Below are positions 1 to 13,148 of a stretch of 64,000 bases of DNA, piece by piece. Made by a program: the position numbers and the translations under genes. Under the pieces are notes generated by a model that had not been told where the DNA came from, searched no databases, and saw nothing but the letters and a program-made list of their open reading frames with translations. Position 1 is the first letter of the stretch. Each line of letters opens with the position of its first letter. The DNA is taken from positions 1,750,951-1,814,950 of the forward strand of contig NW_003314287.1 of NCBI RefSeq assembly GCF_000143415.4, given 5' to 3'. This DNA is from Selaginella moellendorffii (taxonomy: Eukaryota; Plantae; Lycopodiophyta).

Positions 1-1360
1 GTCTCTGACACCTTTCGTTGCACATATAGTGCAACTTCACTTCCCCATCTTAGGAAGTCTCCACTTGAGGGCACTATCATCCTCTTTTCTATTTTGTGCC
101 ACCTTTGGCACTAAGTTCCAGCTATCGTAAGTTGTGCTAGAGTTGTCCACGGCCCTATCATTTGGCTACTTTGCCGTTCTCTCCCTTGGAGCTTTCACCT
201 TTGCCAACTTGGAGCATTTGGGAATCCATCTTTGGAAGCACCCTTCCTTTCTCACAATTTGTTAGCATCTAACACCTTAATTTTCCATGCCTAACTTTGT
301 CATTTGGATTCCTTCCAATGAAATCCATAGCCCACACTTGGCCACTAGTTTTTTGCTTTTATCCGCTGAGTGTTGCACTAAGCAATATAGGATCACTACC
401 TCCATTCTTGAGGTATCCTTTTGGTTCCATGGCAAAGGCTTTACTTTGCTAAGTCTAGAGGGTGCTCATCCCTAGTAGGTCTTTTTAGCATTTTCTACTA
501 CAGGCTTTGTCCACGGCCCAACTTTGCAACGCTCCCATGGGTCTCTCCTAGAGACTACTTTTTTGGACTTACTATACTATCGTATTGGCATGACTGATTT
601 CCCTTTAGGTGTCTTCCCCACTTAGTCACCTTGACCAAGCCACACCATTCTCAATAGTTCAACTCAACACTTTGAACTAAAAATCATATTCCTTAACCCA
701 AACAAAGACTTTGTCCTTGTTTAGCCATAAGATCACCTAGTGACCTCATCTTAACCCCTTAACAAGTCTACCAATAGGGTCTTCCAGACCTTGTTAAATT
801 GTTGACTATGACCTTGAGGGCATCCCCCACACTTGGCGGTGCGCCCAAGTTAGCCCTTTCGGCCAAGGATCCATAGCAACTGAGACTGGGTGTCCTTATT
901 TCATTCACCACGTCCTTGGTGCCCTTTGCACCAAAGTGTTCAAGTTAGATATGCCGAACTTTCACTCTAAACAATCTAACCGTGCATCACGACTCCAGAG
1001 CATCCCTCATTTAGCGGTGTGCCCAAGCCAGTCTCCCCACTGAGAGTCCATGACCACTGAAATATGAGTGTCCTCGTATTCCAAACCATCACCACGCCCT
1101 AGTGATTTGGGACTCGAACCCAAGCATTAGATCGGGACTCAAACCCAACCTTCGTATGTGCATCTACGGACGGCATCACCCTAGATGCCCAGCGTGACTC
1201 CCCACACCGGTGCACCAATTTATATCCAAAGCGCGCTATGGATCATACCTTAGGAACCTAGTCCCTCCAAATTGCCAAGTCCTTTCATTTGACAAGTCTA
1301 TGATCATGCATGGATTCTTCCATGTTTGGCCCTATGGGCCACCCCTTTTGAAGTTAGCAC

Positions 1361-1933
1361 TGTAGCGCACCTTATTTCTCTCCCCTTAAGCCAATTGGAA
1401 AAGGGGCAATTTCTTGATGAGAGAGCCCTTAGTGGCTATTTTATCCCCATTTATCCCCCAAGGTTCCAAAGATCCATGGTGACAGTATATCCAAATTTCA
1501 TCCCATGATCACATACGCTACACTCACCCCCCCTTCAGAGATGTCAATGTCCTCATTGACTATTGAGCCAAGGGGAACCAGCACCTCCATTTCCGCACTG
1601 AATCTACCAATCCTTCCATTGTGTAGACTAGCTATTCCATGTGAGGCAACTAGTCATCCACCCGTACCGCAGTTGGGATGCACCACAAGAGGAAGGACGT
1701 ATGCATGGATGTCTAATACGTACAATTTTTCAAATTTAGGGGTAGGAATATACCTTGCTCAAGGGTATATTATATTTTAGATAGCCATTAATCAATGGGA
1801 ATCGAACCCGTGCCATTTGCTCTGATATCAACTGTAGCGCACTTTATCTCTCTCCCCTTAAGCCAACTGGAAAAGGGGCAATTGCTTGATAAGAGAGCCC
1901 TTAGTGGCTATTTTATCCCCATTTATCCCCCAA
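1361..1933 (-). mobile_element. TRIM-type non-autonomous LTR element (family B) nested in the family A internal region; 5' LTR truncated
   Basis: LTR 1361-1522 reads TGTAGCG...CGCTACA and is followed by a reverse-complement polypurine tract (CTCACCCCCCCTTC). The reverse-complement PBS GCTCTGATATCA is at 1819-1830. A second, partial LTR lies at 1833-1933. The paralogous host at ~15268 lacks the insert. Confidence 0.8.
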
Positions 1934-4068
1934 CCCTTAGCTTGCTAAGGCCTCTCCTTTTGCAAGCTTTTTAATTGCCATATGGTTTAGCATGGACAAT
2001 TCCATACTTTAGACTCTTCATAGCACCACAATTGCTAGTAACAACATGCTCGAGCGCCTATTAGATTCTCCACTCCTAATTGACATAACCACCCTTGGTT
2101 ATGCTCTTCGATTTCTATGGTTTGGTTCTATCCCTTTACTACTTGTTTTTGGCCTCACATATTTTCTTCGGTTATTCGCCTCCAAACTAAGAAAATAGCT
2201 TTGCACTTTCTACCATGCCTTGCGAGCGTCCAAGGAGCTTCTACAGAGCGAACTCCAGAGCTCTGTCCTGAGCTACAGCCACTAGGCTGTTTTCCAACCT
2301 CTTCCTACGAGTAACCTTGAATGGTATAGCCCTGTGGCTAAGTTGAAGCCTATGAGTTTGAATTCTTGGGGATGAACCTACCCAATAGCCTAGGGAGTGG
2401 TTTCTCAATTCGGGTATATTCACTTTATAATTCCACACACCAGAATTAATGTTGCTACATATGGGCCTTTATATGCCCATCACTAGCCTTGCCAAAATTT
2501 CATTTTTGGCTTTGTCTAATTTGGGTAGACAGACTTCTCCCGTCTTTGCAACTTTGGACATTTGGATAGTACTTTTTATCCATCATTCGTTAAGGATTTA
2601 GTCCATTGGGCCTTATCTATTGCCCTTGCAATATCAAACAACACCTCTTGGTGTTCTAGAGTGTTTGGGTGTCCCAATGATGGCATCTTTGCCAATGAGC
2701 ATTCCCTTTTATGACATTGACTTACTATATCGGCACATAAGCAATTTATCCCCCCATCAGGGTATATCTAACTTTCTTATGCCATTAAGAAGTCTTGGGT
2801 AGTTACCTACTACCAGTTTAATCGATTATTTTGCACCTTTTGCTTAGTTGCCTCATAGTTATCAAGTTTTACAACTCATTGCTAGTGCTTCCACACCTCC
2901 ATCATTATCTGGGTCACCACACTCCAACTACATGCCTTCCAATTTAAGCTATGCCATTCCCATTTCCATTAGGATTCCTTTGGGAAGGGGTTCTTGTGAA
3001 CCCGCCAACTCATCTTAAGGCATCACGCTTTAGCACATTTAGTGTCTTCATACTATCGGCTCCACGAGCCTACCTTTATGACACTTCTTACTTGTGTCTA
3101 GGTCCTTGCCAAGACCAATATAGTTCTTTCTCATGCCAACTATCCGTGAGCACTGCACCATAGAGTTTACTCACAACTTTGTGTCATAGTTGTTTTCTTC
3201 TGGGAACACCTTCCCCACAACTTTAATATGGCCCATTCCGCCCTCAATGAGATATTCACTATTCTCATACTTGGATCCTATGATCCTCCCCAACCTTTGT
3301 GGGGCACAATACACCTCAGTCCAAATGCTTTTAGCAATCCCTTACGACCCTACTTGAGTCATTTAGCATTTTTGGACTTTAAAATTCAATGACCCATAAA
3401 GTTCTATTTGAAGTGCCTGCTCGCTGGAATACAACTTCTTGTATTCATTTCCTACTCACAAGGACCATCTTTGCAAGTGTCACTCCAACACTTGATGTTG
3501 TTTCATGGGGCAACCTTTGCCCCTTTGGACTACTTATCCATGTGATGAGAATACCAACTCATCCTCTAAATACACCCCCCAACTCTTTGGGTTGTTTCAG
3601 CATTTATCAAGGGTAGCCTTGGCTACCATTTCAAGGACTTGTGTCCTCTTCCATATTTGACCTTCCACAGTCATTAATTCTGGTCTCAAATTCATGAGCA
3701 CCAACCTTAACTATATGAGGATAATCTTGTGATTTCTTTATGGTTTTGGAGTCTTTATTTTTCCCGTGATCCCAACTATAGTTGTTTACCACAACTACAT
3801 TAGCCACTTTGCTGAGTCAAACGTTCATCTAAATCACATCCTCAACTCTTTGAGGAAAACCTTATACTATTCCCAAGATCCCGAAGTCATTCCATTATTG
3901 GCCCTTTTTTATCCACCACCTCACCTACCAGTTCACACATAAACTTTATTGGAGAGCCATGTCTTCCCGACTTGCTACTCCTCATAGATAGGCCCACCTC
4001 TAGGACCTTCCGATGCTAACACTAGTGGTGATATACTTGAGCACCAATAAAAGTCGGACTAAGGAAAA

Positions 4069-4080
4069 GCTTTGATACCA
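4069..4080 (-). promoter_or_regulatory. Primer-binding site (tRNA-iMet) of family A element
   Basis: Minus strand reads TGGTATCAAAGC, 3 nt after the LTR-terminal CA. The same arrangement is present at ~19796-19810. Confidence 0.85.
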
Positions 4081-5081
4081 AGTTGTAAGCAACTAATTTT
4101 TCCATCCTACTTTAGTCACTTAACCACACCTCCGACTACTTGGAGGAGTCTTATTCACAACCTCCTTAAGTCCAATTCAGGACTTAAGACTTGCTAGCCC
4201 CAAGAATGGCATCCATACCACTCATCCTTTGTAGTTGATCCAAGTGCTCCACGTGTCCGGTCCCAAGACTGACACCCTAAGGTACCACCGACATACCAGC
4301 CCGTTATGCTAAGGCCATGCCCATTCATCTTGGTACCACCAATGGTCCAACACCACCAGCATCGCAATCCCCTCTCTCAACGACTGGGCCATCCGTCCAA
4401 GAGTGACCATCCAAGATCCACTCCTTAGCATCCTTAAGATGCTCGCAGACAAGGGGAACCACCTTCCCCAATATCCCTTTTACAGTCCTCACCAAGTCCC
4501 TTTTCTGTCCATGGCCGAGTTTGCCTACTCTGCCACTGGGACAAGGCCCACAAGCCCAACCACTAAGTCCCACTGTCCTCTGGGACTTTCTCACCACATA
4601 ACCGTATCCCTGGTCACCACACTAGAGGACTACTCCTCTTCCATTTTACAGTCTGGGACTTTGGGACAACATTTCGGAACACCGTCACCTTATGCGAGCC
4701 TCGTGGGTACTCTCCCTACTTTTCGCCTTTGGGTGCTCTAGCCATAGGCTTAGAGCGAGGTTTTATTGAGCCACACCAGGTATCCAAGTAAGTAGTGCCA
4801 CCCACACTTGGACTGGAAGCATCGACCATTCAATCTCCCGGGGGAACTAGAGCCGGCTCTTGAACACTTCACCAAGCTACCCCGCTTGACAGTCTATATT
4901 CACTCTAGCCTTGGACCTCCTAGTGGTTATCCCGTCACCCAACACCTTGGTACAGCCTTCCTGGGCCAAACTGGCCTTTCCTGGCCAAACTGGCTCCACT
5001 GGAGTCCTCCCCTTACTATACTTTTGGAGCTCACCAAACCCCCTAGGGTCTGGGAGACGAACGCTTTGGGCTTTCACCCTC

Positions 5082-5432
5082 TCAGACTCGAACTCGGACT
5101 TGGACTTGGGCTTTGGCTCGGTCTTGATCTCGGTCTCGGTCCCGGTCTCGGTCCCGGTCCCGGTCCCGCTCTCGGTCCCGCTCTCAGTCTCAACTTCGGA
5201 CTCCGTCTCAGGTCCTTCTCGGACTCCATCTCGGATTCCATCTCGAGTCCATCTCGGGTCCATCTTGGACTCCATCTCGAACTCCATCTCAGGTCCATCT
5301 CGGACTCCATCTCGGGTCCATCTTGGGTCCATCTCAGACTCCATCTCTGGTCCATCTCGGACTCCATCTCGGGTCCATCTCGGGTCCATATTGGACTCCA
5401 TTTCAGACTTCATCTCGGGTCCATCTTGGACT
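5082..5432. repeat. Minisatellite inside family A LTR (units such as GGACTCCATCTC, GGTCTC, GGACTC)
   Basis: Directly visible tandem 6-, 11- and 12-mer units. It is the source of the low-complexity ORFs in the ORF track. Confidence 0.9.
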
Positions 5433-5989
5433 CTTCCACGTGTCATGTGTTGGTCCTCTTGTGTCTTTTTTCTAGAGACTCACTTATTGCTCACTTTGTG
5501 CTTGTTCCTTGAGCATTTCATTGGGAGTTCCACTCCCGCTCTCAACCTTTTAAGTCGGAGCTTTTAGTCCAAACGTGTTACGCTTGTTTGGCATTCACTT
5601 CAGCCACTACCACGTGGCACCTTTTCGGCTCCACTTTGGGGCTTAGGGATTTGTGTCTCACATCATGATGTATAATTAGAATGCTTAGTATAAAAGCTTA
5701 ACATATCTAACTTGAACAGTTTATGCAAGTGGCACTAAAGATGTGATGAGATGGGGACACCCAATCTCAATTGTTACAGACCGTTAGCTAGAAGGGCTAG
5801 CTTGGGCACATTGCCAAGTGTGGGGGATGCCATTGGGGTCGTGGTTAACAATTTAAAGGTTGGATAAATTAAATACTTATTAGCAAACCCGTTATCTAAG
5901 ATCATTAGGTGATTTTATAGCTAGATAAGGATAAACTCTTTATTGGGATAAAGAATGAGGTCCTTAGTTCATAGAAAAAATGGTATACT

Positions 5990-8200
5990 TGTAAGCTCTT
6001 GAATTTGAACTTCTTAGTACTATTCAAACCCAAAGACACTTAACTTGAAGTATCCCAAGACCCTTAACCGATTGGAAAAGAGGGTGCACTCTTGTTTATG
6101 GACTCTTTCCCTTTATATTTAAACCTTCTCTAAATAAATCTTCTCTCAAGTCATTCTCTTTGGTTGTTTATAATCTATCACACTTCCTTGCAAGTTCATG
6201 CCTTCGTGAACAGAAGTTAAAAGCTATAGCTCTTCCGAAAGACTTACTCTTTTAACACCCTACCCCTTGAGTTGAGCTCAACCAAAGCAAACTAAAACCT
6301 GTCAAATGTCAATCAACATGTGGTGTAATTTCAGGAGGTCACCCAACTCAATACTATTCAAACCCAAAAACACTTAACCCTAAGTATCCCAATTGAAAAA
6401 AGGAGTGCACTATTCATAAGCACTTTCCCTCTATAAACCTTTATGTAAGCGACTAATTTTTCCATTCTACTTTAGTCACTTAACCACACCTCCGACCACT
6501 TGGAGGAGTCTCATTCACAACCTCCATAAGTCCAATCCAGGACTTGGGACTTGCTAGCCTCGAGAATGGCATCCATGCCACTCGACATTTGCACTTGGTC
6601 CAAGTGCTTCACGTGTCAGATCCCATGACCGACACTCAAAGGTACCACCGACATAGCAGCCTGTTATGCTAAGGCCATGCCCAATCACCTTTGCCATACT
6701 GGTAGTCCAATACCACTTGCTTCACAGTCTTGGCTCTCCAAGACTAGGCAAACCATCCGTGAGTGGTCATCTCAGATCCACTCCTTAGCATCCTTAGGAT
6801 GCCCACTGACAAGGGGAATAGCCTTCCCCAATATCCCTTTGTCAGTCCCCATTAAGTCCCTTTCTGCCCCTGGCCGTGTTTGCCAACACTGCCACTGGAT
6901 CAAGACCCACAGGCCCGACCACTAAGTCCCACGGTCCTCTGGGACTTCCTCACCACACGACTGTGTCCTTGGTCACTACCCCAGAGGACTGCTCCTCTTC
7001 CTTTCCACAGTCTGGGCCTTTGGGACAACCTTTCGGAACACCGTGGCCTTACGCGAGCCACCTGGGTACTCTCCTCGCCTTCTGCCCTTGGGTGCTCTAG
7101 CCATGGGCTTAGAGCGGGGTTCCGTTGAGCCACACCAGGTATCCAAGTAGGTAGTGCCACCCACACTTGGACTGGGAGCATCGGCCAGTCGATCTCCCGG
7201 GGGAACTAGAGCCGGCTCTTGAACACTTCACCAAGCTACCCCGCTTGTCGGTCCGTGTTCACTCCAGTCTTGGACTTCACAGTGGGCATCTCATCACCCA
7301 ATACTGGGTCCGGCCTTCCTGGGCCAAACTGGCCTTTCCTGGCCAAACTGGCTCCACTGCAGTCCTCCCCCTACTATACTTTTGGAGCTCACCAAACCCC
7401 CCAGGGTCTAGGAGACGAACACTTTGGGCTTTCACCCTCTCAGACTCGGAGTCGGAGTCGGAGTCGGAGTCGGAGTCAGAGTCGGAGTCGGAGTCGGAGT
7501 CGGACTCGGACTCGGACTCGGGCTCGGGCTCGGTCTCGGGCTCGGCCTCGGTCTTGGTCTCGGTCCCGGTCTCGGTCTCGGTCTCGGTCCCGGTCTTGGT
7601 CCCGGTCTCGGTCTCGACTTCGGACTCCATCTCGGGTCCATCTCGGACTCCATCTCGGACTCCATCTCGGGTCCATCTCGGACTCCATCTCGGGTCCATC
7701 TTGGACTCCATCTCGGGTCCATCTTGACTCCATCTCGGTCCATCTCGACTCCATCTCGGACTCATCTCGGACTCCATCTCGGACTCCATCTCGGGTCCAT
7801 CTCGGACTCCATCTCGGACTCCATCTCGGACTCCACCTCGGGTCCATCTCGGGTCCACCTCGGACTTCGTCTTGGACTCCACTTCGGACTCCACTTCGGA
7901 CTCCATCTCGGGTCCATCCCGGACACTTCCACGTGTCATGTGTTGGTCCTTTTGGGTCCCTTTTTGGAGCCTCACTTATTGCTCTCTTCGTGCTTGTTCC
8001 TCGAGCCCTTCGTTAGGAGTTCCACTCCCACTCTTGACCTTTTCAAGTCGAAGCTTTTAGTCCAAACGTGTTACACTCGTTTGGCTTTCGCTTTGGCCAC
8101 TACCATGTGGCACCCTTTCGGCTCTACTTTTGGGCCTAGGGATTTTGTGTCTCACACCTTTATAGATTATTTCTCCAATTGTTCTCTTTGGTTGCTTACA
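5990..8200 (-). mobile_element. Old, degenerate Cassandra-type TRIM, interrupted by a solo LTR at 6444-8156
   Basis: 5990-6172 and 6330-6443 + 8157-8200 are diverged reverse complements of the LTR at 15740-15933. 6173-6325 matches that element's internal region. The 5S-like motif GGAGGTCACCCAACTCAATACTATTC is at ~6334-6359. Confidence 0.8.
6444..8156 (-). mobile_element. Solo LTR, family A (young, GC-rich)
   Basis: TGTAAGC...CTCACA flanked by the direct repeat CCTTTA (6438-6443 and 8157-8162). Minisatellite at ~7441-7922. Confidence 0.9.
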
Positions 8201-8272
8201 ATGGTGTGCCTTGGTTAAAGTAATCAAATGGGAACTTATGAGAGGGTTGCTAGATTAAGCCGTGGATCAAGC

Positions 8273-9903
8273 TGTGAGACACAAATCCCTAAGCCTCAAA
8301 GTGGATCTGAAAGGGTGCCATATAATAGTAGTCGAAGTGAAAGTTTAACAAGCATAACATGTTTGGACCAAAGGCTTCAATATGGAGTGAGAGTGGAACT
8401 CTAAACAAAGTGCTCGAGGAATGAGCACGAAGCAATTTGTGAATGAGTCTCTAAAAAAGGACACAAGAAAGATTGACATATAGAAGTGTTAGAAATGATT
8501 CTGAGAAGGAGTCTGAGATAGAGTTTAAAAAGGAGTATGAGATAGAGTGTGAGAAGGTGTTCGAGATGGAGCCCAACATAGGATCCGAGAAGGAGTTCAA
8601 GAAGGAGTCTAAGATGGAGTTCGAGACGGACCCAAGATGGAGTCTAAGAAGGACTTAAGATGGAGTCTAAGATAGACTTGAGATGGAGTCCGAGATGGAT
8701 CTGAGATGGAGTCTGAGATGGACTCGAGATGGAGTTCGAGGTTGAGTCGGAGATGGACCTAAGATGGAGTTCAAGGTCAACGCTGAGACTGAGACCAAGA
8801 ACGAGACCGAGGCCGAGACCGAGACCGAGACCGAGATCGAAACTGAGATTGAGACCGAGACCAAGATCGAGTTTGAGACTGAGTCTGAGTCCAAGTCAAA
8901 GTTGGAGTCCAAGTCCAAATCCAAGTCTGAGGGTGAAAGCCCAAAGCATTCATCTTCTAGACCCTAAGGGGTTTGGTGAGCTCTAAAAGTATAGTAGGGG
9001 GCAGACTCTAGTGGAGCCAATTTAGCCAAGAAAAAGCTAGTGTGACCAAGGAAGGTTATACTTATGTGTTGGGTAATGATATAACCATTAAAGAGTCCAA
9101 GGCCAAAGTGAACACGGACAAATAAGCAGGGTAGCTTAGTAAAGTGTTCAAGAGCCAACTCTAGCTCCCCTGGGAGATGGAATGGTTGATACTTCCAATC
9201 CAAGTGTGCATGGCACTACCTATTTGGATATTTAGTATGGCTCATTGAAACCTCACTTTAGCCATATAGCTGAGGCACAAAAAGGTGGAAGGTGGGGAGA
9301 ATACTCATAAGGTTCGTGTAGGGCCACGGTGTTTCAAAACATCATCCTAAAGTCCTAGATTATGGAAAGGAAAAAGAGTAATCCTTTGGTGTAGTGACCA
9401 AGGATATGAGGAAGTCCCAGAGGACAGTGGGATTTAATGGTTAGGCCTTTGGGCCTTGACCTAGTGGCAGTTTTGGCCAGCACGGCTGTGGATGAAAAGG
9501 GACTTGGTAGAAACTGAAGAAGGGATATTGGGAAAGGGTGTTTTTTATGTCTCTGGGCATCCTAAAGATGCTAAGATGTGGTCAAGGGATGACCACTCAT
9601 AAATGGATGGTCCAGTTTTGAAAGACGGGATTGTGATGTAGGTTTTTTTGGATTACTAATATGACAAGGGTAAATAAGTATAGCCTTAGCGTAACGGGCT
9701 GATATATCAGTGGTACCTTTAGGTGTCAGTCATGGGATTAGACATATGGAGCACTTGAACATCTAAGTGGCATAGATGTCATGCACGGGGCTAACATGTC
9801 CCCAAGTCCTAAATAAAACTTATAAAGGTTGGGAGTAAATTCTTCCAAATGGTCAAAGGTGTAGTTAAGTGACTGAAGTAAAATTGAAATTTAATGGCTT
9901 ATA
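8273..9903 (+). mobile_element. Solo LTR, family A (older)
   Basis: TGTGAGACAC...GCTTATA with imperfect TSD CAAGC/AAAGC. Degenerate minisatellite at ~8490-8930. Confidence 0.8.
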
Positions 9904-12900
9904 AAAGCCCATAGCAAAAAATGTAAAAGAAACATATTAGGGGGTGAACACTCCCTAGACTTTGCAAATAGAGCCTTTCCTCATAAACCAGAAGGATACC
10001 CCCAAGGATAGAGGTAGTAATCCTATATTATTTGGTGCAATAATCAAAGGATAAAAGAAAAGGACTAATAGCCAAAAATGGGCTTTGGAAATTGTTAAAA
10101 GGAATTCAAATGATAAATTAGGCAAGAAACCACAATGTGATGGATTCTAACGGATTGTAAAAAAGAAAATATATTTTCAATGATGAGATTTCTTAAATGC
10201 TCTAATTTGGTAGAAGGTGAAAACTCCAAAAGATGGAGTGGCAAAGTAGCCAAATGATGGGACCATGGATAGCTCTAACACAAATTATGAATAAGTAAAA
10301 CATAATGCCTAAAATGCCACAAAGTAAAAGAGGGGATAATGGTGCCTTCAAATATAGAACTTTTTAAGATGGGGAAATGGAGTTTGCATAACATGTGCAA
10401 TACAATGTGTCAGAAATACCTAAGAAATTAACTTGATAAGTCTATATTAAAGTTTTAAAGCGTGATGGTTATATTGATAGAGGCTAAGACTATGCTAGAA
10501 TAAGTCCACCAGTGGTCTAATGGGTCTCTAAGCTAAAGAAACTATACTCCTTAGAGGGTGGGTAAGGCATGGTGAACCTTCGGTGTTAAACTATTGATAA
10601 ATAGTGGTTTGGTGCAAAAGATGAAAATGGTAATCCATGATGGGGTTACTTTATAAAATGGTTTATTGTTCGATGGGGATATTAAACTTCATCTATAAGT
10701 GATGGAGTTGTAAGATAAAAATCCCTAAGCCCCAAAGTGGAACCAAAAGTAGGCTATGTGGCAATAGCTGAAGCAAAAGTCCAATAAACATAACACATTT
10801 AGACCAAAAGCTCTAAATCATAAAATCGAGAATAAGAGTGGAACTCCTAAAGAAGGGTTCGAGGAACGATTATGAAATGATTGGTGAGCGAGTCTCTAGA
10901 AAGAGACACAAAAGAGACCAACACGTGTATGTGACACATGGAAATGCCGGAACTGAGCCCGAGATGGAGTCTGAGATGGAGTTTGAGGTCAAGTCTGATA
11001 TAGAAGTCGAGATTGGGTCCAAGATGGAGACAGAAACCAAAACCAAATTCAAGTCCAAGTTCATATCTAAGTTCAAAACCAAGACTAAATACTAATGCAA
11101 GTTGTGGGGTAAAAGCGCAAAGTGATTGTCCCCCAAGGTGGTGGGGTTGTAAAGATTCCAAAAATATAATAGAGAGAGTGTGGGGGTTGGACTCTAGTGA
11201 AACCAGGAAAGGCCAATGTAACCCAAGAAGGTTATACCCACATGATGGGGTGATGATATAACTATTGAGGAGTTTAAGGCTAAAATGAACATGGATGGAC
11301 AAATGGGACTCTTTTTTCCTCTCTTTTTCCACAGAATTGGGAAGACGACAGGGTAAATTGGTAAAGTGTTCAAGAGTTAACTCTAGCTCCCTTGGGAGTT
11401 CAAATGGTTAGTGCTTCTAATCCAAGTGTGGGTGGCACTACCTACTTGGATACCTAGCATGGCTGATCAGAACCTCACTCTAGCCACATAGCTATAACAC
11501 CCAAGTAAGGAGAATACCCAAAAGGCTTATATAAAGCTATAGTGTTTTGAAATGTCATCCCAAAGTCCTGGAGTATGGAAAAGAAGAGGAATAATCCTCT
11601 TGCGTGATGACCAAAGACATAGTCACATGGTGAGGAAGTTCCAAACGTTAATAGGATTTAATGGTTAGGCTTTTGGGCCCTAACTCAATAGCAGTGTTGG
11701 TGAGCACTGCCGTGGACGGAGTGGGATTTAGTAGAGACTGAAGACGGATATTGGGGAAAGGTGTTCTCTATATCTTTGGGCATTTTAAGGATGCTAAAAT
11801 GTGGTTATGAGATAACCATTCATGGATGAATGGCTTAGTCTTTAGTTGACAGATTTGTGGCACATGTGGTTTTGGACTACTAATGAACAAAGGCAAATAG
11901 ACATAACCTTAGGGTAATAAGCTAACATGTCAATAGTACTTTGGATGTCTATAATGAAATTAGACACATGAAACATTTGGACCAAGTGTAAAAAATAGAG
12001 TGGTGTTGAGGCAACCCATGGAAATAGTAAATCCCTAAGTTGAGAATAGAACTTATAAAGGTTGTGAGTGAAACTCTTTCAAATGGCTAAAGGTGTGGTT
12101 AAATGATTAAAGTAGAATAGAAAAATTAATCACTTACACCAAAGGCCCAACCACTAAGTTTCACTAACCTTTGGGACTGTCGACTATATTGCCAAGCAAA
12201 ATGGCCTCTAGATTAGTAAGGAGAGGCATCTATCAAGGCATTGAGATGGCATCATAGAGAGCATCAAGGTATGGATTGCAAATATGGAGTTGAATTTCCC
12301 CAACACCATGTCAACTCTAGGATGAACAATCTAACACTTAGTTCTTTATGAGTAAGATTTTTAGGATAAAATTACATAAAATTTATTAATATCATTATTT
12401 TCCATTATTTCTAACTTAAGAATTATTTTATAGAAATTAAAAGAAGATAAGGAGTTTAAAAAAACTAAATTGGCATTTTATTATATTTCATAGTATAAAT
12501 TTTTCACATCTTGTAAAATATACTTGTTAAATAAAAACAAATAGTACATATTCAGTATGTTTTTAACTATTTTAATATTTATCAATAAATATTGAAGATG
12601 ATTTATCAGGATAAATAATATTCAATATAACATTATCTATTTATTTTTATGTATTATTACTTGTCAAAATTTATTTTCCCACTTTAGCTTTTCCCACATT
12701 TTATTTATACATTTCTGTAGAGTTTTTAATTTTATCATTTTTGCACATAATTATTTTTATGCTGTTTTGATTTTAATTTTATATTATTTTTTGAATAGAA
12801 AATTAGATTACTTAATTTTTAAAATAAGAAAAAAAATTAATTTTTTAAATGATTTTATAGTTGATAATGAGACTTCTTTTAAATCTCATTCCATGAATTT

Positions 12901-13148
12901 GAAGAAAGCATAATAAATTATTATTGAAGATATTAATAACACTCTTCAAAATATATCAATTATATATTGTAATATATAGTACAAGATTTGTAAACAGTTT
13001 TTAAGTTAAAATAATGAAATTATAAAAAACTAATATAATAATAATAAGTAAATAAAAGTGAATTATTTTTTATCAATACTTCTAGTTCTTACTTTTTCAT
13101 ATATATATATATATATAATTTGAGAAATATAAATTTGATAAATATATT

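Larger units (their letters stand above)
1..5662 (-). mobile_element. LTR retrotransposon family A, minus-strand copy: degenerate internal region 1-4083 and 5' LTR 4084-5662; runs off the window start
   Basis: 4084-5662 is bounded by TGTAAGC...CTCACA and recurs at 6444, 8273, 10709 and 16762. It is preceded by the reverse complement of a tRNA-iMet PBS. The internal region is near-identical to 15210-19810 and has no intact ORF. Confidence 0.85.
5663..12138 (+). mobile_element. Older, diverged plus-strand family A element: internal fragments 5663-5989, 8201-8272 and 9904-10708, LTR 10709-12138, interrupted by later insertions
   Basis: 5740-5970 and 9904-10420 are diverged reverse complements of 700-900 and 1-560. 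10709-12138 is a degenerate family A LTR (TGTAAGATAAAAATCCC...CTTACA) without a TSD. Confidence 0.7.

Noticed and set aside
1105-1150. Possible tRNA gene (GGTTCGA motif on the minus strand)
   Set aside because: Only a T-loop/B-box-like motif is present; no cloverleaf could be folded.
4808-8218. Long low-complexity ORFs (GLGLG, SESES, PRWS, RDRD) on both strands, also at 8473-8986 and 16872-17712
   Set aside because: They are translations of the stop-poor LTR minisatellite, open in many frames at once, and are not genes.
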